DNA of 64,000 nucleotides from a virus, in IMG/VR virus record IMGVR_UViG_3300005573_000072, positions 31,555 to 95,554 of that record. The stretch is one strand, 5' to 3'. The notes below the pieces were generated by a model. The model searched no databases and was not told where the DNA came from. It saw only the letters and a program-made list of their open reading frames with translations. Each line of letters opens with the position of its first letter. Within the stretch, counting starts at the first letter, position 1. Shown here piece after piece: positions 41,260 through 50,800 of the stretch. Made by a program: the position numbers and the translations under genes.

Positions 41260-41425
41260 ATAACTATAGGAATACAATATAACCTAGGTATTCTAAATAC
41301 CTATGGATAATAATATATATTATTTGGATACTATAGTTTAATTTATATACCTAGTTAACGTAATATACCTTATTATTCAGTAAAGTATAATACCCTAAGG
41401 TATAATTATATATACCAAGGTATAG
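41260..41425. repeat. Array of degenerate palindromic repeats (consensus about ATACCTAGGTAT)
   Basis: acctaggt (41282), atacctatgg (41297), actatagt (41330), atacctagtt (41347), ataccctaaggtat (41390), tataccaaggtata (41411). Confidence 0.55.
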
Positions 41426-41506
41426 TAAATTTTATATATAATTTTAATATATTTGGTTATTATAACAAATAATTAATATATAAATAAAAATAAAAATAAA
41501 AAAATT

Positions 41507-41549
41507 ATAAATTATTTATATTCCACTACGTTTCATATAAATAATTTAT
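41507..41549. repeat. Perfect 15-bp inverted repeat with a 13-nt loop
   Basis: ataaattatttatat-tccactacgtttc-atataaataatttat. Confidence 0.8.
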
Positions 41550-41698
41550 GTGCGAAATGCGCAAAATTGAATAAATTTACTCGATGCATTGAGCGAAGGG
41601 TGTTTCACCTATCAGCTTTTATTTAATTTTATTTAACTGGTGAGTAACAAAATAAAGCTATCGCTATCACAAAGGATAATAAGACAAAGCAAAGGTTA

Positions 41699-41727
41699 TT
41701 GACAAACATTTACAGGTAGATTACGCT
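41699..41727 (+). promoter_or_regulatory. Sigma70/SigA-type promoter for the rightward operon
   Basis: TTGACA-N17-TACGCT, about 40 nt before the GGAGG RBS/ATG at 41769. Confidence 0.6.
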
Positions 41728-41768
41728 GGGCGTGGAATGAGAATTTCAAGAATGATTGGAGGACTGAT

Positions 41769-42680
41769 ATGTTAGCACTAGAGATGAGGCCCTCTTCGTT
41801 GGAAGAGCTGGTCGGACAGGAACCCATAAAAAAGATTTTGGCTAAGGCAGTTGAAGAAAGGAAAATTCCCCAAACAATGCTTTTTGCTGGCCCCCATGGC
41901 GTTGGCAAAACGTCTACGGCACGTATTATTGCCGACATCATAAATGCCGATTTGATTGAAATCGATGTCGCTTCTAACAGAGGTATTGAATCTGCCCATA
42001 AGCTTGTCGAACTAACTAATTTTGTCCCTCAGTCTGATAACGTTGTCATAATTTTGGATGAATGCCATATGATGACAAGAGAAGCTTTTAATGCTCTCCT
42101 TAAATTGCTTGAAGAGCCGCCCACTGGTTATTATTTTATTTTAGTTACAACTGATTCTACTAAGATGCCCAAAACCATATTGAGTAGATGTTACATTTTT
42201 CGCTTTCAGAAATTAGGAAAAGATTTGATAAATGCTGAATTAAAACGTGTTGTTGATAAATTAGGTAAAGGAGTTGATGACGATATCTTAAATATTATTG
42301 CTGAATCTTGTGATGGCTCTTTAAGAGATGCTTTTAACCTATTAGACCAAATATTATTATATGGTAATTCACTGGACATAAATGATATCCAACGATATTT
42401 TGGTATGGCTTCAAAAGAAGAAATAAAGAAATTATTCCATATTTTAAAGCATAAAGATGTAAATGAATTGATTGCTTATGTAGATAGGCTTCATGCTCAG
42501 GGCGTTAATGGGTTAAAGTTTTCTTATCAAATATTGGAAATTTTGGAAGGTAATCTTACTACAACAAAGCGTATTTACCTTTACAAAATGATATGTGATA
42601 ATATCCTAAAATATGAATATGCAACTGATGACAAGGTTTTTATGAAGAGATTATTCCTTGAGTTTATGGAGGTATACTGA
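41769..42680 (+). CDS. Clamp-loader AAA+ ATPase (DnaX gamma/tau-like, short, no C4 zinc module)
   Basis: RP..L.ELVGQ, GPHGVGKT, DECH, AFNALLKLLEEPP and SRC. Confidence 0.9.
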   Translation: MLALEMRPSSLEELVGQEPIKKILAKAVEERKIPQTMLFAGPHGVGKTSTARIIADIINADLIEIDVASNRGIESAHKLVELTNFVPQSDNVVIILDECHMMTREAFNALLKLLEEPPTGYYFILVTTDSTKMPKTILSRCYIFRFQKLGKDLINAELKRVVDKLGKGVDDDILNIIAESCDGSLRDAFNLLDQILLYGNSLDINDIQRYFGMASKEEIKKLFHILKHKDVNELIAYVDRLHAQGVNGLKFSYQILEILEGNLTTTKRIYLYKMICDNILKYEYATDDKVFMKRLFLEFMEVY

Positions 42681-44821
42681 TGGGAATGGATTTAAAGTGG
42701 CATGGATTATATTGGGAACCAACAGGCTATGGGACATTAACCCGTGAGTGCGTTGTTGCTCTCTATAAACTTGGTGCTAATTTGGCTTTGATGAATACTT
42801 CACCTTTGCTATCCCCTGTGTTTGAAATGCCAAAAATTTATTCACATGTTTATGTAGCTACGAAAGGAAGAAATGTTCCTCCTTATGCTCCTTGTGTTAC
42901 GTGCTGGACAGCAGAAAAAGCCTTGCTTTCTGTGAATGGGAAAAATATAATTTTTACTATGCTGGAATCAGATAGGATTCCTGATTTCTGGGTAAAGCGC
43001 TTGAATATGATGGATGAAATTTGGGTTCCGAGTCATTTTAATCTTAATACTTTTGTGGAAAGTGGTGTATATCGTGATTTAATTCATGTTGTTAATTTAG
43101 GTGTTAATAGGCAATTTTATCACCCAAATATTGAGCCTTCAATTTTTGATATTGATGAGCCTTATCTTTATCTTACAGTATTTGAATGGGCAACTAGAAA
43201 AAATGCAGATAATCTTATTAATGGTTTTATGGAGGTGTTTCATGATGTAGATGATGTTGTTTTGCTATTAATTGTTAATCCAGGAAGCTCTTATCAACGA
43301 AAAATATTTGAATTTATAAAGAATTTACGCAGAAAAACAAATAGTAATGCTAAAATTTATGTTACGTGGTCGGTATTTAATTATGATGAATTGGCCTCCT
43401 TGTATAAGAGAGCATATTGTTATATCAGTTTATCTCGTGGTGAAGGGTGGTGTTTACCTGCTAATGAGAGCATGGCCTGTGGTACGCCCGTTATTATCAC
43501 GGGTTGGTCTGCTCCTTTAGAATATGTTAATGAACAAAATTCTTTTATCGTTAGGGTCAATAATTTGATAGAAGCCAAAACTGGTGATCATTTCCAAATT
43601 TACTACGATAATTCTTATTGGGCCGATCCTGATATTAATCATTATAAAGAATTATTGTGGTTAACATATAAAAATCCTAATTTAGTAATGGAAAAAGGAA
43701 TGAGAGCTGCAAAAGATGTTGAGCATTTAACCTGGGATAATACAGCACAAACGATTATTGAACGTTTAAAATATTTAAACAAGGCTAATAATCAAAAGAA
43801 ACTTTTTATGGTAGAACAGGATATTGTTGAATCAAGGGTATTACATATTGTGCCTTCCTTAAAGGATAGAACTTGTACCTTACGAAATTATTTTTCGTGG
43901 CTTTTCGAAACGAATAAAATGGGGGATAAATCTAAAGCGATAAATATTGACGGGTTATCTTCTATTGATTTGGATGACTATAACATCGTGCATTTTTATT
44001 TTGCTTATGATTTTTTGAACAATGTTGAACTACGCAAATTATTTAGAAAACTAAATAACAAATTGGTTATTGTTGAGTTTCATTCTGTTAATGCGTTTGA
44101 GGTAATTACAAACAATTATCTTTGTCAGGTTGCAGACTGTATTGTAGTTCATTCGAAAGAGGAGCAAAATTTACTTTATCCATTTGCACAAGGTAAAATA
44201 GAAATTGTCCCTTTAGGTGTAAAAGTGTTGAATAATTTAGAACCTAAAAAGGAATTTAGAGATATTAAATATTTATCTATAGTAAAAGAATTAAATGAAA
44301 ATGAGGGTTTAATGTCTGTAGTAAGCAAAATACAATATTTGCCAAATTATGATTTCACCATATATGGTGTTTATAAAGATAAGAATTATATGTTTTACAA
44401 GGAGCTCCTTACATTAAGAGATGAGTTAAATATTTTGAATCTAAATTTAGATATTACAAACTATGATTATCCTGTATTAGTTGAAAAATTAAATAATTCC
44501 GATTTGATAATTTTTCCAAACGCAACCTCTGAATTTAATCCAAATGTATGTAAATTAATCCCATTATTATTAGCTTCCTATACTCCTATTATTGTTTGGA
44601 ACATAGAAGGTGAGTTATATGGATTTCCAAATAATCTTTTTATGATTGTTAATACTTTTGAGGATCTTATATCAGTCTTAGAAGATAAATTAAATCCATC
44701 TGAATATATTAGTTTGAGTAATTTAATGTATGAATATGTTCATACAAACTCTGTTTATGTTATAGCGGAAAAATATAAGCTTTTATACAAAAAACTGTTG
44801 GAAGGAGGTATGGGTAAATGA
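42680..44821 (+). CDS. Glycosyltransferase, GT4-like, with a second degenerate GT-B unit
   Basis: PTGYG, DEIWVPS and RGEGWCLPANESMACG. The C-terminal half repeats a GT-B-like layout. TGATG overlap with the clamp-loader gene. Confidence 0.88.
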   Translation: MGMDLKWHGLYWEPTGYGTLTRECVVALYKLGANLALMNTSPLLSPVFEMPKIYSHVYVATKGRNVPPYAPCVTCWTAEKALLSVNGKNIIFTMLESDRIPDFWVKRLNMMDEIWVPSHFNLNTFVESGVYRDLIHVVNLGVNRQFYHPNIEPSIFDIDEPYLYLTVFEWATRKNADNLINGFMEVFHDVDDVVLLLIVNPGSSYQRKIFEFIKNLRRKTNSNAKIYVTWSVFNYDELASLYKRAYCYISLSRGEGWCLPANESMACGTPVIITGWSAPLEYVNEQNSFIVRVNNLIEAKTGDHFQIYYDNSYWADPDINHYKELLWLTYKNPNLVMEKGMRAAKDVEHLTWDNTAQTIIERLKYLNKANNQKKLFMVEQDIVESRVLHIVPSLKDRTCTLRNYFSWLFETNKMGDKSKAINIDGLSSIDLDDYNIVHFYFAYDFLNNVELRKLFRKLNNKLVIVEFHSVNAFEVITNNYLCQVADCIVVHSKEEQNLLYPFAQGKIEIVPLGVKVLNNLEPKKEFRDIKYLSIVKELNENEGLMSVVSKIQYLPNYDFTIYGVYKDKNYMFYKELLTLRDELNILNLNLDITNYDYPVLVEKLNNSDLIIFPNATSEFNPNVCKLIPLLLASYTPIIVWNIEGELYGFPNNLFMIVNTFEDLISVLEDKLNPSEYISLSNLMYEYVHTNSVYVIAEKYKLLYKKLLEGGMGK

Positions 44822-45048
44822 AAAAATTATTGGGTGTTTTCTTATTAATATTAGCTATAATAGGGTTTATTTTATTATTTTCGTTTATAATTATGTTGTT
44901 GTGGAACAACAGCGTTACTAAGTTCATCACAGTATGCAAGACTATGAATTATTGGCAAGCTGTGTTATTCTATTTATTGGTAATATTGCTTACTGCAAAA
45001 GGAAGTATGAAAGGGGAATTAAGGAATGGCCAAGAGAAAAAAGAATGA
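44818..45048 (+). CDS. Small two-TM membrane protein
   Basis: 76 aa with two hydrophobic segments and a GGAGG RBS. Confidence 0.7.
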   Translation: MKKLLGVFLLILAIIGFILLFSFIIMLLWNNSVTKFITVCKTMNYWQAVLFYLLVILLTAKGSMKGELRNGQEKKE

Positions 45049-45217
45049 GGAATATATCAATGATTTGCTAACTATCATCGAGTCATTGACAAATCACATA
45101 AAACATCTCTATGATAGTGTGAATAATCTGTCGTTTTTACTTTTAGAAACTCAAAAGATGTTTGATCAGAAGATTAAAGCTTTGGAATCAAAAGTTAATG
45201 AAGGAGGTGAAAATTAA
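45026..45217 (+). CDS. Hypothetical coiled-coil protein
   Basis: 63 aa, tightly packed in the operon. Confidence 0.6.
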   Translation: MAKRKKNEEYINDLLTIIESLTNHIKHLYDSVNNLSFLLLETQKMFDQKIKALESKVNEGGEN

Positions 45218-45844
45218 TTGGAGCTATTCCCTGAAGAAGCCCATAAAGTATCTTTTCCTGCTTATAGAAGTAGGCTTTCGGATTTGTTTCCTAAAATTAA
45301 GCATGTTGTTTATGAATCTAACACATGGGGTACATTTTTTACTAAAGCATTAGAAAGATTGGATTGGAGTGATTATAAAGCTCTTATTAGAGAATTATTG
45401 AAAAGTGATGACCAAACCTTGGTTCTAGTAGTTCTTGATTTTATTCAATTACCTGCGCCAATAGGTATTGAATATAATGATGTATGGTATAAACTTTTTG
45501 TAGAGTATAAAACTGAAGTTGATAAGTTGAATAAGAAGTTAAAGGAATTTTCAGATAGATATCAAAAAGAATATGAAGAGAATTGCCGACAATTTAAGCA
45601 GGAATATTTCAGTATTTTAAAAAAGAATAATGAATTGTTTGAACAAGGCTTACTATCTAATGACGAATATATTTCACGAAATGACAAAGCACATATGATA
45701 TTTGTAACTTTGTGCACAGAAGAATATCAGAAAATGACTAATAAATTGGGGGTAATTGAGCGAGATATTATCGAACAGAAATATACTTTGTGGGCACGGA
45801 TTAGAGATGAATTAAGGGAATGGCTTCTAACTAATTTACTATGA
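45218..45844 (+). CDS. Hypothetical helical protein
   Basis: 208 aa, TTG start after AAGGAGG. Confidence 0.7.
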   Translation: MELFPEEAHKVSFPAYRSRLSDLFPKIKHVVYESNTWGTFFTKALERLDWSDYKALIRELLKSDDQTLVLVVLDFIQLPAPIGIEYNDVWYKLFVEYKTEVDKLNKKLKEFSDRYQKEYEENCRQFKQEYFSILKKNNELFEQGLLSNDEYISRNDKAHMIFVTLCTEEYQKMTNKLGVIERDIIEQKYTLWARIRDELREWLLTNLL

Positions 45845-46185
45845 GATTGGCTAATTATTGCCCGCATTGCAAGAAAAGAAGGTTTCTTTCTGAGGAAGGA
45901 TTAGGAAAAGCACATTATCCGCCACCGAGATTGTGGAAGAAGGTATGGCTCAATACATTAGGTTATTATCCTTTTGGAAAATATTATTATGCTTTTTGTG
46001 ATTTATGCAATAGGAAATTGGCTGTTTTTGACCAACACATTTTTAAACAAATGAAAGGCAAGCCTATTGTGTTTTACCGTTGTACTCTTACTGATCGTCC
46101 TTACAATAAGGATTATTGTGTTAATTTTCCAAAGTGTAGAAAATGCCCGGCGTTGAAGAAGGAGAATATCTATGGAAGACGATGA
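45841..46185 (+). CDS. Cys-rich (zinc-binding?) hypothetical protein
   Basis: 114 aa with CPHC, CDLC and CRKC. Confidence 0.65.
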   Translation: MRLANYCPHCKKRRFLSEEGLGKAHYPPPRLWKKVWLNTLGYYPFGKYYYAFCDLCNRKLAVFDQHIFKQMKGKPIVFYRCTLTDRPYNKDYCVNFPKCRKCPALKKENIYGRR

Positions 46186-46669
46186 GGTTATCTTAAGATT
46201 AATTGAAGATTTAAAACCGTATATTAACTCATTAATATACAAATTTAGGTATTATACATGTTTGGATGATGAAGATTTGATGCAAGAAGGTTATTATAAA
46301 ATTGTGTATGCCTATAGAAAAATAAAAAGTAGAAACGTCGATTTTGAATATATTGTAAATTATATCAAAAAAGCTATTGTTAATCATTTTATAAATATAG
46401 TTAAGGCAAACCCTATAAAGATTGGTAATGAGAAAAATGTAAGTTTTCTTGAAGGTTTTGAGTATTTTCTTAACGAAGAGGATAATAATATTGACGATTT
46501 TTATTCCATTTATAACTCTTTGGATGAAAAACAAAAAATACTTTTTACGCTTGTTGGTGAGGGCTATAGACAAAATGAAATAGCTAAAATATTGGATTAT
46601 AAATCACAAGGTACCGTGAGCAAAAATATTAAAAAATTACGTGAAGCAATGAGAGGTGAAAATGAGTAA
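46172..46669 (+). CDS. Phage RNA polymerase sigma factor (sigma70 regions 2 and 4)
   Basis: Region 2 'DDEDLMQEG' and region 4 HTH 'GYRQNEIAKILDYKSQGTVSK'. Confidence 0.88.
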   Translation: MEDDEVILRLIEDLKPYINSLIYKFRYYTCLDDEDLMQEGYYKIVYAYRKIKSRNVDFEYIVNYIKKAIVNHFINIVKANPIKIGNEKNVSFLEGFEYFLNEEDNNIDDFYSIYNSLDEKQKILFTLVGEGYRQNEIAKILDYKSQGTVSKNIKKLREAMRGENE

Positions 46670-47075
46670 GAATAGCCAATTTAGCAAGCATATCGAACAA
46701 TTAAGACGAGATTTATTAAAGCGCTGGGAAGCAATTCCGGATAATGCTAAAGATTTGTTCAAAACAAAATTCGAAGAAGAATTAAATTTGTCAAATTACT
46801 CTATTCCGTGGTTGGATGGGTTTGAGGAAGGACTTTTGGTTAGCCTTCTGTTTAGTGTGAATGTCAATAAATCAGTTAAATATTTCATTTTTCAATCTAA
46901 TGAATTTGCTAGGTTAGCTATTTTAATGTGTTATATTGAGGATATAGTGGCTAAAAAATTAAATGCTTTATATAATTGGAACGATTCTAATGAAAGTGAA
47001 GAAAAGAAAGAAGAAAATAAAAATGTAAATGGGGATAAAGGAGATGATGATAATGGAAGCTCTGGAGGAGAATGA
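46656..47075 (+). CDS. Hypothetical protein
   Basis: 139 aa, overlapping its neighbours. Confidence 0.65.
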   Translation: MKMSKNSQFSKHIEQLRRDLLKRWEAIPDNAKDLFKTKFEEELNLSNYSIPWLDGFEEGLLVSLLFSVNVNKSVKYFIFQSNEFARLAILMCYIEDIVAKKLNALYNWNDSNESEEKKEENKNVNGDKGDDDNGSSGGE

Positions 47076-47760
47076 TTTTAACATTCCGTTTGCGTATTTA
47101 ATGGACTATGATGTGGCTAAAAATGCTGAACGTTATATAGAATTACCGTTTGTTATCAAACAAATAAAGTTATTCAAAGCTCAAAAAGGTTATAAACCTC
47201 GCATACTAGACATTGGTTGTTGTGAGAATAGGATGTTACTTTATTCTGCTGAAGTTTTAGATGTTGATGCATGGGGTATAGATTTAAGGCCTTATGATAA
47301 AGATTCATATGAGAAATTTATTCAATGTGATGCTCGTGATATTCCTTTTGAGGATAATTCTTTTGATATTACTTATTCTATAAGTACTATAGAACATATT
47401 GGTTTAATCCATGAACGATATGATGCATGGGAATTTGATGAAGAGGGTGATTTTAAGGTTGTTAAGGAAGCCATCAGAGTAACAAAACCTGGTGGTTGGA
47501 TTCTTCTTACTTTTCCTATAGGAGAAGGAGATTCCGAATGGTATGGTTATTCCAATTGGATAAGATTTTATGATCAAAAAAGACTAAATAGGCTTTTTGA
47601 AATTTTTGAAGAAAATAATTGTAATTACGAATATCAGGCATATGTGATAAAAGATGGATGTTGGAATCCATCATCTTTGGAAGAAGCACTCAAAGTCTAT
47701 TCACAAAATACAGACGTTATCCAAACAAATTTACATTTAAAGATAGAGAAGGTTAGCTAA
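47029..47760 (+). CDS. Class I SAM-dependent methyltransferase (not a DNA MTase; DUF268/Methyltransf_11-like)
   Basis: ILDIG, GIDLR, 'PFEDNSFD..YSISTIEHIG' and 'R.TKPGG'. Confidence 0.85.
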   Translation: MGIKEMMIMEALEENDFNIPFAYLMDYDVAKNAERYIELPFVIKQIKLFKAQKGYKPRILDIGCCENRMLLYSAEVLDVDAWGIDLRPYDKDSYEKFIQCDARDIPFEDNSFDITYSISTIEHIGLIHERYDAWEFDEEGDFKVVKEAIRVTKPGGWILLTFPIGEGDSEWYGYSNWIRFYDQKRLNRLFEIFEENNCNYEYQAYVIKDGCWNPSSLEEALKVYSQNTDVIQTNLHLKIEKVS

Positions 47761-47854
47761 CCTCTTTCTCTTATAATATAGCTATCTTTATCTGGTGGGC
47801 TATAATAAAATATCTTAGAGATATTGATTCGTCCACAAAGAGATTAAAGACATT

Positions 47855-50800
47855 TTAGGAAGCCGCCTCTTCAAATCTCATGGTGCCGAATATCATATTG
47901 CTAAGGCGTTTGCCCATCCTCTCGATTAAGCCAACAACTAGAGAGTTTCCCAGACAAAAGTATCTCCCCGACAACGTCATCCCTGTATCGGTCCATCCAT
48001 CCGGGAAGCCGAAAATCCGTTCGACTTCGACCGGTGTCAATCGCCTTAACCTATCTGTTTGCGGATCCTTGATGATGTGGGTACATCTATTGGGTGAACG
48101 ACTACCTTCGCTGGTCAATATTGTCCTTGCAGGTTTGCTAAGGTCATCTGGGAATGGTATCGCTCCCTCTTTATAATAATATTCGTACCCAGACTTGGTA
48201 CGTCGCGGTTCCGATTTTGCACCCTTCGCATATCTCCATGCGCTGATGCTACTTTCGGGAATATAGAAGTCTTCCGACACATCTTCTTCAAGAACCGCTG
48301 AGAGTGGAGTAAACGGCTCTTTGATAGGCTCAACATGTATTGTATAGAATCTTCCGCCCGACATGATACCGGCATTTTGAAAAGGATATCTGAACCCATC
48401 TGACAACTCCATCAAGCTACCTTCTAAAGGATATGAGATATCAATCCCCGTTATTGGCAAGAGATTTGACGAACACGTTGCTGGGAACTCACTTGCGAAA
48501 AACCCCTTTTCTAGAAGCCAGGCATGCCAGTCAGTCGTGTTCTTAAGGCTTTCACCAATAGGAGTGTCATCTCGAAAAGCAAAAATGAACAGCCTTCTCC
48601 TACGTTGTGCAAATCCGTAGTCCGCAGCATTGATTACCCGCCATTCAACCGAATAGCCCAAGTCGTTTTCTGCTAGAAGGTCGCGGAAACAGGCTAGCAT
48701 GATACCGAAATCCCTGCCTCTTTGTGAAGCGGGTGATTTTAAAAGACGGTCTACGTTCTCAAGTAGAACATACGGTGGTCTTTTTGCTCTTAGGATGCGG
48801 TTGATTTCCCACCATAAGACGCCCTTCTTGCCATGTATGCCCTTCGTCTTAGTCGCAGCAACCGAGTAATCTTGGCATGGGAATCCCCCGACCAAAAGGT
48901 CATGCTCTGGTATGTCGTCTACATGGACCTTGCAAATATCTTCATTAGAGTGGCCCTCTGCTCCGAAATGTGCCACATAGCATTCAGATGCGTTCTGTCT
49001 CTTGGTAGCGGGTTCCCATTGGTTGGACCAAATAACCCTATGGCCTGCTTTCTCAAGACCTAACCTAAAGCCTCCGATACCTGCGAATAACTCGCATACC
49101 AACAAGCCTTCTGGGCTAGTTCTGATGACTTTGCCTTTCTGCGCCTTGTTCGACTTCTCCCACGCTTCGAGGACAAGGCGGCGAGTGCGGTAGAAACCGT
49201 ATTTTTTGATTTCTTTTTCCTTGAGAATGCGGAAAGTCTCGCCGGGGAAGGTGGAGGTCTCGCAGCGGTGGCGATAGGCCTCCTCGTCCAGGGGGTCCTC
49301 TACCTCCTCGTAGTCGTCGAGGATGTTCTCCAGCTCCTTCTCGGTGAGGTCGGCGGGGTCGAGGATGTAGCGGAGCTGCTTGCGGTTGAGGCCGTAAAGC
49401 TTGGCGTAAATGGCGTCAAGCTCTGCGCGCAGGCGGGCGCGTCGCTCCTCGTCCCACTTGAAGGGAGGCAGGGGGATGCCGTCCTCGGCGACCTCGGCCC
49501 ACTCGGGAGGATCCCAGGCATGTCCTCCCGTGGCCCGTTTGTTCTCCTCCCATTGGGCTCGGATGGCCTTCCGGAGATCCTCATCAGCCTCGCGCCACAC
49601 GTCATCGGCGAAAGGCTTGATGTCCCAGGAAGTGTATAAAATTTCGAGCGCTTTCGGCAATAAAAGAACTGTTTGAGATTTTTCATATTTATCATGAGAA
49701 ATAACAGGCAATTGATTTAAGTAATGGTAAGTCAAATGAGTCCCTCCCATCTTTTGTCTTGCAGCATAATCAAAAGCTAGGCAATCAAAGTTCCCAATAA
49801 AAAGAGGTGATAATAATTGCGAAATTTTTTTCATAAATATTAATGGCATTGTATGTCCGACGGCGGTTTGGGGGATAACGGTGAAGATGGCGGTGCGCTC
49901 ATTGGTGGCATTTGTAATATCCCGGAATCCGAGGAGCCAGCCTTTATCGTAGTTGCCGAGCCTGGCGTTTACCTCGGTCTTCGATACCCAATACCAGGGA
50001 AGGGATAGGAAGGAAGGGTTTGCATATTGGTCTGGTGTTGGAGTGGGGATGTGGGTGCTGGAGCGGGAGTTTACTCCTTCGTAGGTTCCGAAGCGGTGGT
50101 CGAATTGCCAAATCATCTTCGCTTCGTATAGCGGGAGCCAGATCTCCTGGTCGTCACCTTCGCCCTTGACGAAGCGGTTGCCGTGGAGGCGGAAGCCGGC
50201 TTTCTCGAGCTCCCGGCGGGTGCGGAAGAGGTGGGAGTCGTTGGACATGTCAAACATGCGTAAAAACCTTATGCCCCAGGGGTTTTCGCCGGTGGCCTCG
50301 TTCACCAGCACCGGCACCCTCCGGTAGATGTACCTGGTGAGCTCGGCATCCTGGCGGGTACGGAAAACGGGGCAGGTGCGGGTGTTGGGGTTGAGGAGGA
50401 AGAAATCCTCCGCGGTGAGCTCGAAAACCCGCCTCCCGTCCCGGAGCTGGGAGGCGCGGGTGAGGAAGAAGGCGAAGCGCGCCGGCTTACCAGCTTCGGC
50501 ACCGTCGCCCTTGAGAGTGAGGAGGGAGAATTTCTGCCTGCTATCAACCGCCGGAAAGATCTTATCCCGGTTCTCGAAATCGTAGAGGCTGGCCAGGCGG
50601 CCCGTATTCACCAGGTGGGAGAAGAACACCTTGTTGGTGTCGTCGGTGGCGATGCCGGTGGGCACCACCACGCCCGCCCTGCCCTCCGGGTTGATCAACC
50701 CGCTGAAGAGCTCGGAGAAGACGGAGTAGGTGTTGATGTCCCCGCGGGCGGACAGCGGGAAACGCCCCGACTGGCGCAGGAATTTGCTATGCGACTCGGC

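Larger units (their letters stand above)
1..47830. mobile_element. AT-rich large siphovirus-type prophage/phage segment (continues beyond the left window edge)
   Basis: Ordered terminase-portal-protease-capsid-neck-tail-TMP-tail tip genes with no sheath gene. Composition shifts sharply to GC-richer DNA at about 47.85 kb. The right boundary is approximate, and no integrase or att pair is visible. Confidence 0.9.

Noticed and set aside
41769-42680. Host dnaX marking the end of the phage
   Set aside because: The gene is short, lacks the zinc module and tau C-terminus, is AT-rich, and is embedded among phage-like genes.
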